In this document: positions 62,724 through 64,000 of the stretch, piece after piece
Layout: the number at the start of each line of letters is the position of its first letter
Position numbering within the stretch: position 1 is the first letter of the stretch
NCBI GenBank assembly: GCA_964244655.1
Contig: CAXTJU010000004.1
Span: 2,516-66,515 of the forward strand
Reading direction: 5' to 3'
Length of the DNA: 64,000 nucleotides
DNA from: an uncultured Acetobacteraceae bacterium
GTDB taxonomy: Bacteria > Pseudomonadota > Alphaproteobacteria > Acetobacterales > Acetobacteraceae
Position numbers and translations under genes: made by a program
Notes under the pieces: model-generated
What the model saw: the letters and a program-made list of their open reading frames with translations, nothing else
Told to the model about the DNA's origin: nothing
Databases searched by the model: none

Positions 62724-63416
62724 TCAAACCTCCAACCATTCGCGCCGCACGCCGGCGTCCGCGGCCAGCTCGGCGGGCGTGCCCTCGAACACCACCCGGC
62801 CGTGCCCCATCACATAAACCCGCTGCGAGATGGCCAGCGCAATCGCCAGCTTCTGCTCCACCAGCAGGATCGTCGTGCCGCGCGCCGCCACCGCCTGCAA
62901 CAGCTCGCGCACCCGGTCCACCATCATGGGCGCCAGGCCCTCGGTCGGCTCGTCCACCATCAGCAGCGCGGGACTGCCCATCAGGGTGCGGCACATCGCC
63001 AGCATCTGCTGCTCGCCGCCGGACAGCGCCCCGGCGGGAGCGGCGGCGCGCTCCTCCAGCCGGGGGAACAGCGCGTAGGCGTCCGCCAAGCCGAACGGCT
63101 GGCCCGGGCCCTTCTTCTCGCCCAGCAGCAGGTTCTGCAGCGTGGAGAGGTCCGGAAAGATCGCGCGGTCCTCCGGCACGAAGCCCAGGCCGCGCCGCGC
63201 GATCAGGTGCGGCGGCAGCCGGCCGATGTCCTGCCCGTCGAACGCCACCCGCCCGCTGCGGACGACGCCGCCCATGATCGCCTTCAGCGTGGTGGACCGC
63301 CCCGCCCCGTTGCGCCCGAGCACCGCCACGATCTCGCCGCGGCCGACATGCAGGTCCACGCCGCGCAGCACCTGGCTCTTGCCGTACCAGGCGTCCAGGT
63401 CGTGCACGTCCAGCAT
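62724..63416 (-). CDS. livF: Branched-chain-type ABC transporter ATPase (LivF-like)
   Basis: GRNGAGRST, LSGGEQQML, DEPTEGLAP, LLVEQ. Confidence 0.9.
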   Translation of the reverse strand: MLDVHDLDAWYGKSQVLRGVDLHVGRGEIVAVLGRNGAGRSTTLKAIMGGVVRSGRVAFDGQDIGRLPPHLIARRGLGFVPEDRAIFPDLSTLQNLLLGEKKGPGQPFGLADAYALFPRLEERAAAPAGALSGGEQQMLAMCRTLMGSPALLMVDEPTEGLAPMMVDRVRELLQAVAARGTTILLVEQKLAIALAISQRVYVMGHGRVVFEGTPAELAADAGVRREWLEV

Positions 63417-63427
63417 CGGCGCCACGC

Positions 63428-64000
63428 TCAGCACAGCGCGTCCGCCGCGGTGCCCAAATACGCGGCCCGCACCGCCGGGTGCCCCCGCACCGCGTCCGGC
63501 GGGCCGGAGGCGATCACCTGGCCGTCCGCCAGCACCGTGATGCGGTCCGCCAGGCCGAACACCACGCCGAGGTCGTGCTCGATCATCACCAGCGTGCGCC
63601 CCTCCGTGACCCGGCGGATCAACGCCACCGCCCGCTCGGTCTCGGCGTGGCTCATGCCGGCGGTGGGCTCGTCCAGCAGCACGGTCGCTGCCCCGCCCGC
63701 CACCGCCACGCCGATCTCCAGCGCGCGCTGGTCGGCGTAGGCCAGCGCGCCTGCCAGCGCGTCCCGCCGCGGCGCGAGCCCGGTCAGCTCCAGCATCTCC
63801 TCCGCCCGCGCGGTCAGCGGGCCGTAGCCGCCCACCGTGCGCCAGAACGTGCACCCGGCGCCCATCACCTGCATCGCCGCGTTGCGCAGGTTCTCGAACA
63901 CCGTCATGCGCGGGAACAGCGAGGTGACCTGGAACGAGCGCGACAGCCCGCGCCGGCTGATGACGTGGGACGGCAGCCCGGTGATGTCCTGCCCGTGCAG
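63428..64000 (-). CDS. livG: Branched-chain-type ABC transporter ATPase (LivG-like), 5' end outside the window
   Basis: RSFQVTSLFP, LAYADQRALE, DEPTAGMS, EHD, V..AYLG. Confidence 0.9.
   Translation of the reverse strand: MHGQDITGLPSHVISRRGLSRSFQVTSLFPRMTVFENLRNAAMQVMGAGCTFWRTVGGYGPLTARAEEMLELTGLAPRRDALAGALAYADQRALEIGVAVAGGAATVLLDEPTAGMSHAETERAVALIRRVTEGRTLVMIEHDLGVVFGLADRITVLADGQVIASGPPDAVRGHPAVRAAYLGTAADALC

Overview
High-GC alphaproteobacterial chromosome segment, most consistent with a free-living Acetobacteraceae/Rhodospirillales genome (inferred from gene content and order). It is mostly housekeeping and metabolic genes: ggt/amidase, serC-hisZ-purA, rpoH, rluD, tRNA-Glu(CTC), ispB, rplM-rpsI, mobA, nhaA, ugd/uxs, hrpB, degP plus a two-component pair, dnaB, alr-mlaE-mlaF, radA, and a pimFABCD-like dicarboxylate beta-oxidation operon with a Liv-type ABC transporter. 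Accessory content of interest: (1) an AT-rich insert between mlaF and radA. After removing one base in an A6 run it encodes a ~354-aa protein with proteasome-beta/HslV (Ntn-hydrolase) catalytic spacing, coupled to a decayed toxin-antitoxin remnant. (2) A TIGR04290-methyltransferase ('rhizo-twelve'-like) glycan cassette whose clan GH-A enzyme looks circularly permuted. (3) A 7-repeat propeller-Hint protein and a 50-aa membrane peptide, each preceded by a perfect CtrA box. (4) A membrane-anchored pseudokinase with a coupled partner gene. (5) PEP-CTERM/exosortase-system components. (6) Tandem Cys-flanked glycine-zipper peptides. (7) At least three families of small palindromic repeats, one inserted in-frame in a gene. 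All family assignments come from motif recognition without database searches.
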